Made by a program: the position numbers and the translations under genes | In this document: positions 1 to 8,544 of the stretch, in pieces | Layout: every line of letters begins with the position of its first letter | Numbering within the stretch: the stretch's first letter is position 1 | Source: Calditrichia bacterium | GTDB taxonomy: Bacteria > Calditrichota > Calditrichia > RBG-13-44-9 | Length of the DNA stretch: 19,450 bases | Assembly: GCA_037381445.1 (NCBI GenBank) | Contig: JARRQT010000070.1 | Coordinates: forward strand, 1-19,450 | Reading direction: 5' to 3' | The notes under the pieces: model-generated | The model's database searches: none | What the model was told of the DNA's origin: nothing | The model's input: the letters and a program-made list of their open reading frames with translations, nothing else

Positions 1-11
1 AGCGGCAGCTA

Positions 12-40
12 TTGACAAATTGGTTCGGTTTTAATATATT
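12..40 (+). promoter_or_regulatory. sigma70-type promoter
   Basis: TTGACA (12-17), 17-bp spacer, TATATT (35-40): consensus -35, 5/6 match at -10, ideal spacing. Confidence 0.7.
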
Positions 41-46
41 AAAAAT

Positions 47-141
47 ACCATCCACGGGCTAACCCACCTTGCCCTTGCAGTATCGGTAAGACTGAGTATT
101 TCTGTGTACAAAGACCCGGTCCTCAATATGCCGGGTCTTTG
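47..141 (+). ncRNA. candidate small/antisense RNA, about 95 nt
   Basis: Lies between the 12-40 promoter and the 109-141 hairpin, with no convincing ORF. Internal stems GGGC/GCCC (loop holds CCACCTT) and CAGT/ACTG. No known RNA family recognised. Confidence 0.4.
109..141. terminator. intrinsic terminator-like hairpin, possibly bidirectional
   Basis: Perfect 11-bp inverted repeat CAAAGACCCGG (109-119) / CCGGGTCTTTG (131-141). U-tracts are short on both strands. Confidence 0.65.
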
Positions 142-411
142 CATTATTAATTGATCGAATATTTTAATATTGTATTGATTCCATACAGCCTCAGCACTTG
201 TGTGGCCTCTTCGAAATAAGGTCGATTTTCCAGACCTGGTCCTCTAAGCGCAACACCCTTATTTATTTCTTTGAGGTATCTCTTATTAAAAAGACTATAA
301 GAATATCTCTGGCGAAATCCCACTTTACGGACCATACATATCAAATAAGCCTGTAAGTGAATTTGAATAATTGTACTCGAAAATCCGGTAATAGTTGTTT
401 GGACTGGTATT

Positions 412-1446
412 TTATCTGCTCAGGATACTATTCCAAAATTCATTGACCTTATTGGCGTATAATTCCTTTTCAGCATTCGGAAGAAATGCTGATGAGACAG
501 CATTTAATGTCAGCTTTCTAAAATCCTGGTATTCAAATCCCAATTTTCTATGTATCAGCATGAACTCATCCGTAATTGTTGCACCAAACATGGACGGATC
601 ATCAGAATTGATGGTCACCAACACACCTTGATCATAGAATGCTGGAAATGGATGCAATACGCATGAAGGATAAATGCCGGTTTTAATGTTACTGGTAATG
701 CAGATCTCGAGTGGTATTTGTTGCCTGCGGATTTTTTCCAGCAAAAGCGGATTCTCCACTCCTCTTACTCCATGTCCTATTCGTTCAACCTTAAGAACAT
801 CCATGGCCTGTTGGACCGAGGATGGACCTGCTGCCTCCCCCGCATGGGCGGTCAAATGAAAACCACGATTCCTGGCCTCCTGGAAAACATCCTCAAATAA
901 TTCAGCGGGGAATTTTTGTTCGCTTCCTCCCAATCCGATTCCGATGAGACCATTACTCAAATATGGTGTTATCTGATCCAGGCGCTCAATGCCTGTTTCC
1001 GGTCCATGATCCCGAACAATATCGGCAATTAATCCGCAGCGGATTCCAAAATCTCTCTCCGCTCTGCGAACACCTGAAAGTGTTGCCTCGGTAATTTCCG
1101 CCGCCTGCAAATTATTATCTTCAAAGTCCCAGGGCGAGAAGAAAACTTCCGCATAGATAACATTTTGAGTATGCAGGTCTTCCAGGGTTCGATAGGCTGA
1201 TTCTTCAAAATCGACGGCTTCCCGGAAAAATCTATTCTTCCAGAACCAGGTTTCAATGAAATGGGGAAAATCGCGAAAAACAAATTTTTGCTTCAAATCC
1301 TCCACTGTGCTAACAGAGGGATCTCCACCATATTTACCTATCAAATTGAGCAGGAATTCAAAAGTAAAAGCTCCCTCCAGATGAAGATGAAGTTCAGCTT
1401 TTGGCATTATCCTGATGATTTGTTCCGCCGTCATAGTCTCTTTCAT
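412..1446 (-). CDS. add: adenosine deaminase
   Basis: 344 aa with PKAELHLHLEG metal motif, HAGE, RIGHG and NSDDP: a full set of adenosine/adenine deaminase motifs. Confidence 0.9.
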   Translation of the reverse strand: MKETMTAEQIIRIMPKAELHLHLEGAFTFEFLLNLIGKYGGDPSVSTVEDLKQKFVFRDFPHFIETWFWKNRFFREAVDFEESAYRTLEDLHTQNVIYAEVFFSPWDFEDNNLQAAEITEATLSGVRRAERDFGIRCGLIADIVRDHGPETGIERLDQITPYLSNGLIGIGLGGSEQKFPAELFEDVFQEARNRGFHLTAHAGEAAGPSSVQQAMDVLKVERIGHGVRGVENPLLLEKIRRQQIPLEICITSNIKTGIYPSCVLHPFPAFYDQGVLVTINSDDPSMFGATITDEFMLIHRKLGFEYQDFRKLTLNAVSSAFLPNAEKELYANKVNEFWNSILSR

Positions 1447-1452
1447 TATTTT

Positions 1453-2760
1453 TTACCTGAAAAGGATTGTCCCGTGCGTGAAGAAAAGGCCGGCAATACT
1501 TCCGGTTAACAGACATGCCAGGGTAGCGCCCAGTAATGCCCTGAAGCCCAGTCGGCTCAAATCGCGCAATCTCTCGGGGACGAGGGCGGAAAAGCCTCCC
1601 ACAAATATGGCCAGTGATGCGACGTGCGCAAAACCGGCGAGCACATAGGTAGTTATAACCACTGTGCGCGGCGACAATTGAACTCCGGAACTCAGCAGAG
1701 CAGCCAGATCCTGATAGGAAGCCACTTCAGTGACAATCAATCGCTCACCGATGATTCGGGCAATGTGGCCGGCGTCTTTTAAAGGGATCCCAATAATTAT
1801 GGTTAAAGGATAAAAAAGATAGCCCAGCAGGCCTTTTATCGTCCAGTCGATATGGATGCCCAATAAATGGTTCAGATTTGTTCCCGCGAGTACCAGAATT
1901 TTATCCGCCAGGGAGACTATTCCCAGGAATGCCAGCAGAAGCGCAACAATTCCCACTACCAGCTTAACACCTGAATTCGCCCCATTGATAATGGATTCAA
2001 ACAGGTTATTTTCCTTTTTATATTCGGGCTGAAGATGCTCCCCGAGCGTTTCCGGTTTCTCCGTCTCAGGATACAATATTTTGGAAATTACGATTGCAGC
2101 GGGCGCGTTCATAATTGATGCCGAAACCAGGTGCCCCGCGATGGTGGGGAAATTGTTCTTTAACAAAAGAACATATACCGCCAGCATGCTGGAAGCAATT
2201 GTGGCCATTCCCGCGGTTAAAACCGTGCATAGCTCAGAACGCGTCATATTTTTTAGATATGGTTTTATCACCAGGGATGATTCGACACCGACAAAAATAT
2301 TTGATGATGCTGCCAGCGATTCTGCCCCGCTGATCCGCATTAAACGGGTGAAGATGTAGGCAAAAAACCGGATTATTCTGTTCATTATTCCCAGATAGTA
2401 GAGCATGGCCATCAGGGAGGCGAAAAATATTATGGTCGGAAGTGCCTGAAAGGCCAGAATAAATCCGATAGAGTGTTCTCCGCCCGGTCCTGTCGCCCCA
2501 GGGCCCAACGCAAGCGGGCCAAACACAAACCTGATTCCCGCGGAGGCGCTGTCCAGAACCTGCAGGACTAGGTTGTTGACAAAAAGAAAAAACTTGGTTC
2601 CAAAGGGGATGATGAATACAAAAGTCGCAAAAATGGATTGAATAATTATTCCGGCGATAACAACCCGCCAACTGATCTGCTTCCTGTTTGTTGAAAACAG
2701 CCAGGCTATGGCCAATAAGCAGATAATCCCCGCAACACTAATAAGGTTTGAAAATCCCAT
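1453..2760 (-). CDS. nupC: CNT/NupC-family concentrative nucleoside transporter
   Basis: Highly hydrophobic; motifs FQALPTIIFFASL, SGAESL..SNIFVG.ES, SEL..VLTAGMATIA. Start moved to ATG 2760 (MGFSNL), which has GGAGG upstream. Confidence 0.9.
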   Translation of the reverse strand: MGFSNLISVAGIICLLAIAWLFSTNRKQISWRVVIAGIIIQSIFATFVFIIPFGTKFFLFVNNLVLQVLDSASAGIRFVFGPLALGPGATGPGGEHSIGFILAFQALPTIIFFASLMAMLYYLGIMNRIIRFFAYIFTRLMRISGAESLAASSNIFVGVESSLVIKPYLKNMTRSELCTVLTAGMATIASSMLAVYVLLLKNNFPTIAGHLVSASIMNAPAAIVISKILYPETEKPETLGEHLQPEYKKENNLFESIINGANSGVKLVVGIVALLLAFLGIVSLADKILVLAGTNLNHLLGIHIDWTIKGLLGYLFYPLTIIIGIPLKDAGHIARIIGERLIVTEVASYQDLAALLSSGVQLSPRTVVITTYVLAGFAHVASLAIFVGGFSALVPERLRDLSRLGFRALLGATLACLLTGSIAGLFFTHGTILFR

Positions 2761-2875
2761 AAAAAATAATTTCCTCCAGATTAACACATGACAGCGATAA
2801 CCAAGGTCATGATCAAAATTAAAGTGAACGCATTTACTCCTGCGATGCCGCTGTGTCTGTCAGGGCCTGCTGTAA

Positions 2876-3979
2876 TCAGCTGTCGATCTCTATGCGTTCG
2901 ACCTTCAATTTCTCACGAGTGACCAACTCATCAATTTCCGGCGGAACCCGGTAGACTGCCGGGGCCTGTTTTTCGGATGAGAGAAAATAATTAATGCACC
3001 CCAACTGCACGGAAAATGACATATCCATGATGTCTACCGGATGCCCCAATCCGCCGGCAATATTTATTATTCCGCCCCCGATTTCAAAATCAAAATGACC
3101 CGCATTTGACAGCATGGCGCCGCTGCGCATCTTCTGAATATGCGCGGTAGTGATGACGCCGCTGAGGCCCGTGGTGGTTATGAAGAAATCGCCTTCGCCC
3201 GCCGCCTTCATCATGGGCATGACGCGAAAACCGTCCATTCTGGCTTCTAGGGCTTTCCAGGGATCAATTTCAGTCACGATCACCTCGGCACCCATGCCAT
3301 GGGCCCTTGCTGCAACCCCGCGGCCAACCCATCCATAACCTGCCACCACGACGGTTTTTCCTGCTACGTTCAGATTGGTCAAATGGGTGATTGCCGTCCA
3401 TGTGGATTGCCCGGTGCCATAACGGTTATCAAAAAGGTGCTTGGATTTGGCGTCATTGACCGCAATTGCGGGATAGAGCAACTTGCCCGTTGACGCTAAT
3501 TCCTTCAATCGGTTGACGCCGGTGGTTGTTTCCTCGCATATTCCTTTTAAATTGACACCATACCGGGGATTTTCCTGCAAAAATTCGCATACATCCCCGC
3601 CGTCATCCACAATAACATCCATATTGTTTTCAACAATGGACTTGATAAATGAATGATATTCCTCAGGTGCCGCCGCGTGTTTGGCAAACACATGCACGCC
3701 CTGTTTTGCCAGGGCAGCGGCTATTTCATCTTTGGTCGACAGCGGATTGCTTCCCGTGATCCATACTTCAGCACCCAATTTTTGAATGGTTAGAGCCAGA
3801 TAAGCGGTTTTTGCCTCCAGATGAATGCATAGCGCCACTTTCTTATTTTTAAAATTGTTTTCGGATGAAAATTTTTTATAAAGACTGTTTAAAACCGGCA
3901 TCCAACCGGAAACCCATTCAATTTTTTGCTGGCCTTCTTCGGCGAGATTTATATCCCGCACCTGATAATCTTTGCTCAT
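2876..3979 (-). CDS. ahcY: adenosylhomocysteinase, archaeal/Thermotoga type, with an apparent in-frame internal deletion
   Basis: HLEAKT, SNPLST, DDGGD, EETTTG, VNDA.SKHLFDNRYGTGQS, GYGWVGRG, GHFD and GHP..MDMSF; AAGGAG RBS. Only 367 aa, and the segment normally found between GHFDxEI and xGRLVN is absent. Confidence 0.88.
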   Translation of the reverse strand: MSKDYQVRDINLAEEGQQKIEWVSGWMPVLNSLYKKFSSENNFKNKKVALCIHLEAKTAYLALTIQKLGAEVWITGSNPLSTKDEIAAALAKQGVHVFAKHAAAPEEYHSFIKSIVENNMDVIVDDGGDVCEFLQENPRYGVNLKGICEETTTGVNRLKELASTGKLLYPAIAVNDAKSKHLFDNRYGTGQSTWTAITHLTNLNVAGKTVVVAGYGWVGRGVAARAHGMGAEVIVTEIDPWKALEARMDGFRVMPMMKAAGEGDFFITTTGLSGVITTAHIQKMRSGAMLSNAGHFDFEIGGGIINIAGGLGHPVDIMDMSFSVQLGCINYFLSSEKQAPAVYRVPPEIDELVTREKLKVERIEIDS

Positions 3980-4017
3980 CTATTACTCCTTAAATTAAAT
4001 GCTGAAATTCAATCCGC

Positions 4018-4038
4018 GGAAAATGATTGGCATTTTCC
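4018..4038. other. stem-loop upstream of ahcY
   Basis: GGAAAATG-ATTGG-CATTTTCC, perfect 8-bp stem; function unknown. Confidence 0.4.
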
Positions 4039-4100
4039 TGTTTGCCTTCACCCGATGAACCTTGTCGGCTGTTGGAAACCTTACCCGAAAGATCGGCTTT

Positions 4101-6317
4101 TTATTTCAGAAACGAGCCATCGATTCCCAAAGTCACCCGAAATTCCCGGCCCGGGACAGGGGAGCCCTTGGATATCTGAATATCTTTATTTGCCAGGTTA
4201 TTAACTTCAAAACGCAGCAACCACCGAACGCCCATCACCCGGGGATTAATTCCCAGGTTAAGGTTTATTAAAGAATAGGGGTCCAGTTCTATGGTATTTG
4301 CAGCATCATGAAAGCGTTTCCCTACATAGTGATAGTATACGTTGAATGCTGCCATTCCATAATTAAATCCCAGACTGGCGTCATATTTGTGACGGGGCCG
4401 GTAAATCAGATAGTTGCCGGCAGTGGCTGGATCATCGCCATCGTCGGTGGATTTCATAAAAGTATAACCGATCTGAGCATTGAGAGCACCATTGAATCCA
4501 CTCCAGCTCATTTTCGATTCTACTCCCCTCGTAAATCCTTTCGCGACATTTTCAGGCATCCATTTCCCTGAAGGTCCCGGTGCCCAGAGGATGAGATTAT
4601 CCAGACGGCTCGCGAAATAGGTCTGTTCAATGCTCCAGTATCCAAGTCCTCCGAATTGTGCAATGTAGCCGCCGTCATAAGAAATTCCTTTTTCAGGTTT
4701 CAGATCCGGATTCCCTTTTGTCCAGGCATCTTCGGGCCAGTAGAGGTCATTATAGGTTGGTGCCCGGAAGACCCGCCCGATATTTCCGCGAATTGAACCA
4801 CGCCAGCCTGTCACCCGGCTCAGGGTGACGCCAATCTTGGGAGAGTACTGGCTGCCAACGCCTTCTTCGGGGTAGCGATCCAACCGGATGGCCGGTACGG
4901 CCAGAATCTTCCATGCATGGTCTATTCCATATTTCCAATCATCCTGCAGGAAAAAACTGTGAACATTGCGCTGGTGATCACCAATAAAAGGCTGCGACAC
5001 ACCGTTGATCCAGTAATTGGATTTCAACCGGTCCTGGCGGAATTCGTATCCGTAGGAGAATAAGCCCGCAGCATTCATATCGGTAAATACCTGTAGTGAG
5101 GCCCCCAGCGCCCTGTTTTTATAGTTGTTTTTCTCAAGCCCGAGGTACGATTCGGGATTGGTATAGCTCTGATCATTTTGCATCAGATATCCCTGCATCT
5201 GCAAGGCCACGGGTCCGAAGCACAGATCTTTATACGAAACGCTGGTATGGTTTCCGGTAATATTCAACCTGGCACTTGCGTTTGGGAAATCGATCGATCC
5301 GGGAGATCCCTGTTTTCCACTATGATACTGATGAAATACAGAAAGTCTGGACTGGTTGGGGAAAAGATAACCGCCTTTGACAAAAATGTCATCTGAGGTA
5401 TTATCCGCATTTACCATTTTCATGCGTTTATTCTGCAGATCATTAAAATATTCAAAATCGCCATTCGTCTGGGTGCGGTTATAGGAAACAAAATAATCCA
5501 GGTTACCAAGTCCCTGACCAACGGAAAAATCATGGATTTGCGTGTTGAATGATCCCATGGTGCTATGCCAGGAAGCATCCAATCCTTTGTCCCGCGCCTT
5601 GCTCTTGGTAATTATATTTATCACGCCCCCCACTGCATCGCTGCCATAAAGGGCAGAGTGCCCTCCTTTTACCACTTCTATTTTTTCCACTGCATCGAGA
5701 GGTATTTGACTCAGATCGACGGAACCGCTCTGGGCATCATTGAGCCGTTGTCCGTCCACCAGGACTAATACCTGTGAATCTGTTGAGCCCCGGAGTGAAA
5801 TGGTTTCGAGCGAACCGACCGGGCCATAACTCTTCACGAGAGCTCCGCCGATGGATTCCAGCGCCTGGCCGACATTTTGAGCATTTGTCTCTTGCAGTTC
5901 CTTTGCACCCAGAATTTCGGTCGCTACGGGAACGGAAGTCACCAGTTCCTGACTGCGCGTTGCAGTGACCACCACATTTCCCATATTAAGCGCGACCGGA
6001 TTAAGCTCGAAATTGAAGCTTAGATCTTCTCCGGCATGAATTGACAACTGTTTCTCAATTGTTTCATAACCCAGCATGTTCACCATCAGCATGTAGGCGC
6101 CGGGAGGAATGTTACTAATTGTAAACTCTCCGTGACTCCCGGCCGCAGTACCCATGTGGGTGTCTTTTAAATAAATATTTGTTCCGGTAAGCATTTCGCC
6201 CGAGGAAGCATCTTTTATTGTCCCTGAGATGGTACCCGAAGATGATTGGGCGACCAAAGAATAAGTAAAAATAAACATGAGGAAAAGAATCCAAATCTTC
6301 AAATCAGAAGTTTTCAT
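4101..6317 (-). CDS. TonB-dependent receptor (BtuB-like) with N-terminal carboxypeptidase-regulatory-like domain
   Basis: Signal peptide; GTISGTIKD..SGE.L.G domain; TonB box VVVTATR; plug motifs SLRG, VLVLVDGQRLN and IEVVKGGHSALYGSDAVGGVINIITK; barrel motif FRAPTYNDLYWP..GNPDLKPE. B12 specificity is inferred from context only. Confidence 0.9.
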   Translation of the reverse strand: MKTSDLKIWILFLMFIFTYSLVAQSSSGTISGTIKDASSGEMLTGTNIYLKDTHMGTAAGSHGEFTISNIPPGAYMLMVNMLGYETIEKQLSIHAGEDLSFNFELNPVALNMGNVVVTATRSQELVTSVPVATEILGAKELQETNAQNVGQALESIGGALVKSYGPVGSLETISLRGSTDSQVLVLVDGQRLNDAQSGSVDLSQIPLDAVEKIEVVKGGHSALYGSDAVGGVINIITKSKARDKGLDASWHSTMGSFNTQIHDFSVGQGLGNLDYFVSYNRTQTNGDFEYFNDLQNKRMKMVNADNTSDDIFVKGGYLFPNQSRLSVFHQYHSGKQGSPGSIDFPNASARLNITGNHTSVSYKDLCFGPVALQMQGYLMQNDQSYTNPESYLGLEKNNYKNRALGASLQVFTDMNAAGLFSYGYEFRQDRLKSNYWINGVSQPFIGDHQRNVHSFFLQDDWKYGIDHAWKILAVPAIRLDRYPEEGVGSQYSPKIGVTLSRVTGWRGSIRGNIGRVFRAPTYNDLYWPEDAWTKGNPDLKPEKGISYDGGYIAQFGGLGYWSIEQTYFASRLDNLILWAPGPSGKWMPENVAKGFTRGVESKMSWSGFNGALNAQIGYTFMKSTDDGDDPATAGNYLIYRPRHKYDASLGFNYGMAAFNVYYHYVGKRFHDAANTIELDPYSLINLNLGINPRVMGVRWLLRFEVNNLANKDIQISKGSPVPGREFRVTLGIDGSFLK

Positions 6318-6357
6318 CTCAAATTTTCCTCTTTCAATAGTTTTCGGTTAACGAGAA

Positions 6358-6394
6358 TTATCTGAGCCGGCAATTTAATTCCCGGCCCAGATAA
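6358..6394 (-). terminator. long hairpin between the two receptor genes (partial terminator or mRNA stabiliser)
   Basis: Minus strand reads TTATCTGGGCCGGGAATT-A-AATTGCCGGCTCAGATAA, with one G-U pair and one G-G mismatch, followed by TTCTCGTT. Confidence 0.55.
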
Positions 6395-6429
6395 ATGATT
6401 ATCCAATATTTTTTTCACAAGATTTTTAG

Positions 6430-8346
6430 TTATCGCAAATTCATTCCTACGGTCATTCGGATTTCCCTGCCCGGCATCGGATATCCATCGCTCAGGCGAT
6501 AGGATTTATCCGCCAGGTTGTTTAAATCCAGTCTGACCATCCACTTTAATCCGGCTGCCGAAAGATTGGTGCCGATATTTGCATTCCATAGTTCCAGACT
6601 CGGCAGATAAGCCGTATTGGCAGCATCCACATATCGTTTGCTGAGCCACTGGTAATTTACATTGAACTCAACCCTCATGTACTTCAAGCCCATATTGACA
6701 TCCATTTTGTTATGCGGCCGGTAGAAGAGCAATTTGCCATCGTTCAGGCCGCTGCTTGCATCACGGGCGTCCATATAGGTATGATTAACTTCTAGATTCA
6801 AAAATTCGCCAAACGGATGTATGCCAATATAAGATTCCAAGCCTGAGGTTACCGATTTGTCCACATTACTGGGGGTCCATTTATAATCAGAGGTACGCGG
6901 TGCCCAGATAATCTGATCCTGCATGTTATTCAGGAAGTAATTGAACCGCATCTGTGTATTGCGCAAAAACGGAACGTTGAAAGCCATACCCACATCGTAG
7001 TTCATTCCTTTTTCCGGTTTCAGATTTGGGTTGCCAACCGTATACCCATCATCTGGCCAGTAGAGGTCATTGAATGTCGGGGCGCGATATGATTTGCTGA
7101 CATGTGCACTAAAATTAACTCCATAGCTTCCCGAATTAGAAAGCATCAGGCTGAGTTTGGGGCTGAAGACTTTGTCAAAGTCAGAGGGAGCATCATAACG
7201 AACCGCCGGAATCACGGAGATTTTATCAAATACAAAGTCAAGCTTTTTTGTAGCAAGCGTCATTGCCGCATGAGCACTGTGGGTATCGCGTGATTTCTGA
7301 CCTAATTGGGTGCTGTTTGCCTTATCGTAACGATACACATAGCCATAGGTAAAGGAAAGGTTATCATTGACCAGAAGATTCTGGGTAGCATCGAATCCAA
7401 GGGCTTTGCTTTTCTGATCGCTTATATTGGGTCCGCCAAATGCGTACGGCTCTTCATATCCCGTGTTGAAATTGTGATAATAGGCGTGAGTACTTAAATC
7501 GGCATTGTGGAAAATTTCTTTTTGGTCGTAAGAAAGGTTGTAAATCTGGTTGTCCAGTTTCAAGGTAGCACCGGGAGTGGGATATCCGCCATAATTCAAC
7601 AAGCCGGGGACGCTGCCCGGGGAGCCACTTCTGGTCTGCGTAAATTGTGACGTAAAGAGGAGATTTCCGTTCTGGCTGACCTGATAGCCGAGGTTTGCCA
7701 TAAAATCATTGGATCTGCTGTAATTATCTTTTCTGGTACTTTCCGTTCCGTCCAGTTCCTGATACTTAAAATTTCCATCACTGCTGGTACGCTTATAGGA
7801 CACGTAGAAATTAAACTTATTAATCTGATTGGAAGCGTAAATATTATAGAATTGGGAGTTGAAGGAACCATAGGTGGAACGAATTCCCAGATTCATATTC
7901 GAACTCTCCGACCCTTTGCGGGTAATAAAGTTGATAACACCGCCAACCGCATCTGCCCCAAAACGGGCAGAATTACCTCCCCGCAGCACTTCCACTTTTT
8001 CAATGGCATCAATAGGGAGTGTCGTCACATCGAATTCACCGCTCTGGGCGCTGTTCATGCGCTGTCCGTCGATGAGAATGAGCACTTTATTGGAACTGGC
8101 ATCACGAATGTTGATCTGGCCGTCGCGAATAAAAACTCCAGGGACCGATTTCAACGCATCTGACATATCTTCCGCATTTGTTTTGTCAGAAAGCTCTTTC
8201 GAAGAGACCACTTCAACTGAAGCTGTCTTTTTGTAAGACTCATAATCAGTCTGATCTGCCTTCTTATCCTTGTCCTGCGCCCAGAGCAATCCGGTGAACA
8301 GCAGAGAAAAGACAAGCGCAAAAAAGATGTTTAATTTGTTTGACAT
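6430..8346 (-). CDS. TonB-dependent receptor (BtuB-like), paralog of 4101-6317, with no recognisable TonB box
   Basis: Signal peptide; AAGGAGG RBS; plug motifs LILIDGQRMN and VEVLRGGNSARFGADAVGGVINFITR; YRAPTFNDLYWP..GNPNLKPE. Confidence 0.88.
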   Translation of the reverse strand: MSNKLNIFFALVFSLLFTGLLWAQDKDKKADQTDYESYKKTASVEVVSSKELSDKTNAEDMSDALKSVPGVFIRDGQINIRDASSNKVLILIDGQRMNSAQSGEFDVTTLPIDAIEKVEVLRGGNSARFGADAVGGVINFITRKGSESSNMNLGIRSTYGSFNSQFYNIYASNQINKFNFYVSYKRTSSDGNFKYQELDGTESTRKDNYSRSNDFMANLGYQVSQNGNLLFTSQFTQTRSGSPGSVPGLLNYGGYPTPGATLKLDNQIYNLSYDQKEIFHNADLSTHAYYHNFNTGYEEPYAFGGPNISDQKSKALGFDATQNLLVNDNLSFTYGYVYRYDKANSTQLGQKSRDTHSAHAAMTLATKKLDFVFDKISVIPAVRYDAPSDFDKVFSPKLSLMLSNSGSYGVNFSAHVSKSYRAPTFNDLYWPDDGYTVGNPNLKPEKGMNYDVGMAFNVPFLRNTQMRFNYFLNNMQDQIIWAPRTSDYKWTPSNVDKSVTSGLESYIGIHPFGEFLNLEVNHTYMDARDASSGLNDGKLLFYRPHNKMDVNMGLKYMRVEFNVNYQWLSKRYVDAANTAYLPSLELWNANIGTNLSAAGLKWMVRLDLNNLADKSYRLSDGYPMPGREIRMTVGMNLR

Positions 8347-8544
8347 AATAATGCCTCCTTGGTTTAACTAATGCATTTTTAATAGATCAATATTCTGTTC
8401 ATGAGAGACTCATAAATAAATACTTGCTCTGCTAAATGCTTCAAAATCCCCCCTGCTTCCCTGGTATCGAAATAATACAGACTCTTTAAATTGGGATTTT
8501 CAGTTCCTCCTTGTTTTTGTTGATACTGTTTGAATTAAAATTTA

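Noticed and set aside
147..344. 65-aa minus-strand ORF downstream of add
   Set aside because: No recognisable motif or clear RBS; cannot be supported.
2834..2878. TGA readthrough or selenocysteine extending AhcY by LQQALTDTAASQE
   Set aside because: The extension does not resemble the conserved LTxxQxxY tail, and no convincing SECIS-like hairpin follows.
3980..4100. SAH riboswitch upstream of ahcY
   Set aside because: Hairpins exist, but the GAGGAGCG / CAGGCUC / CGCUC core of the SAH riboswitch is absent.
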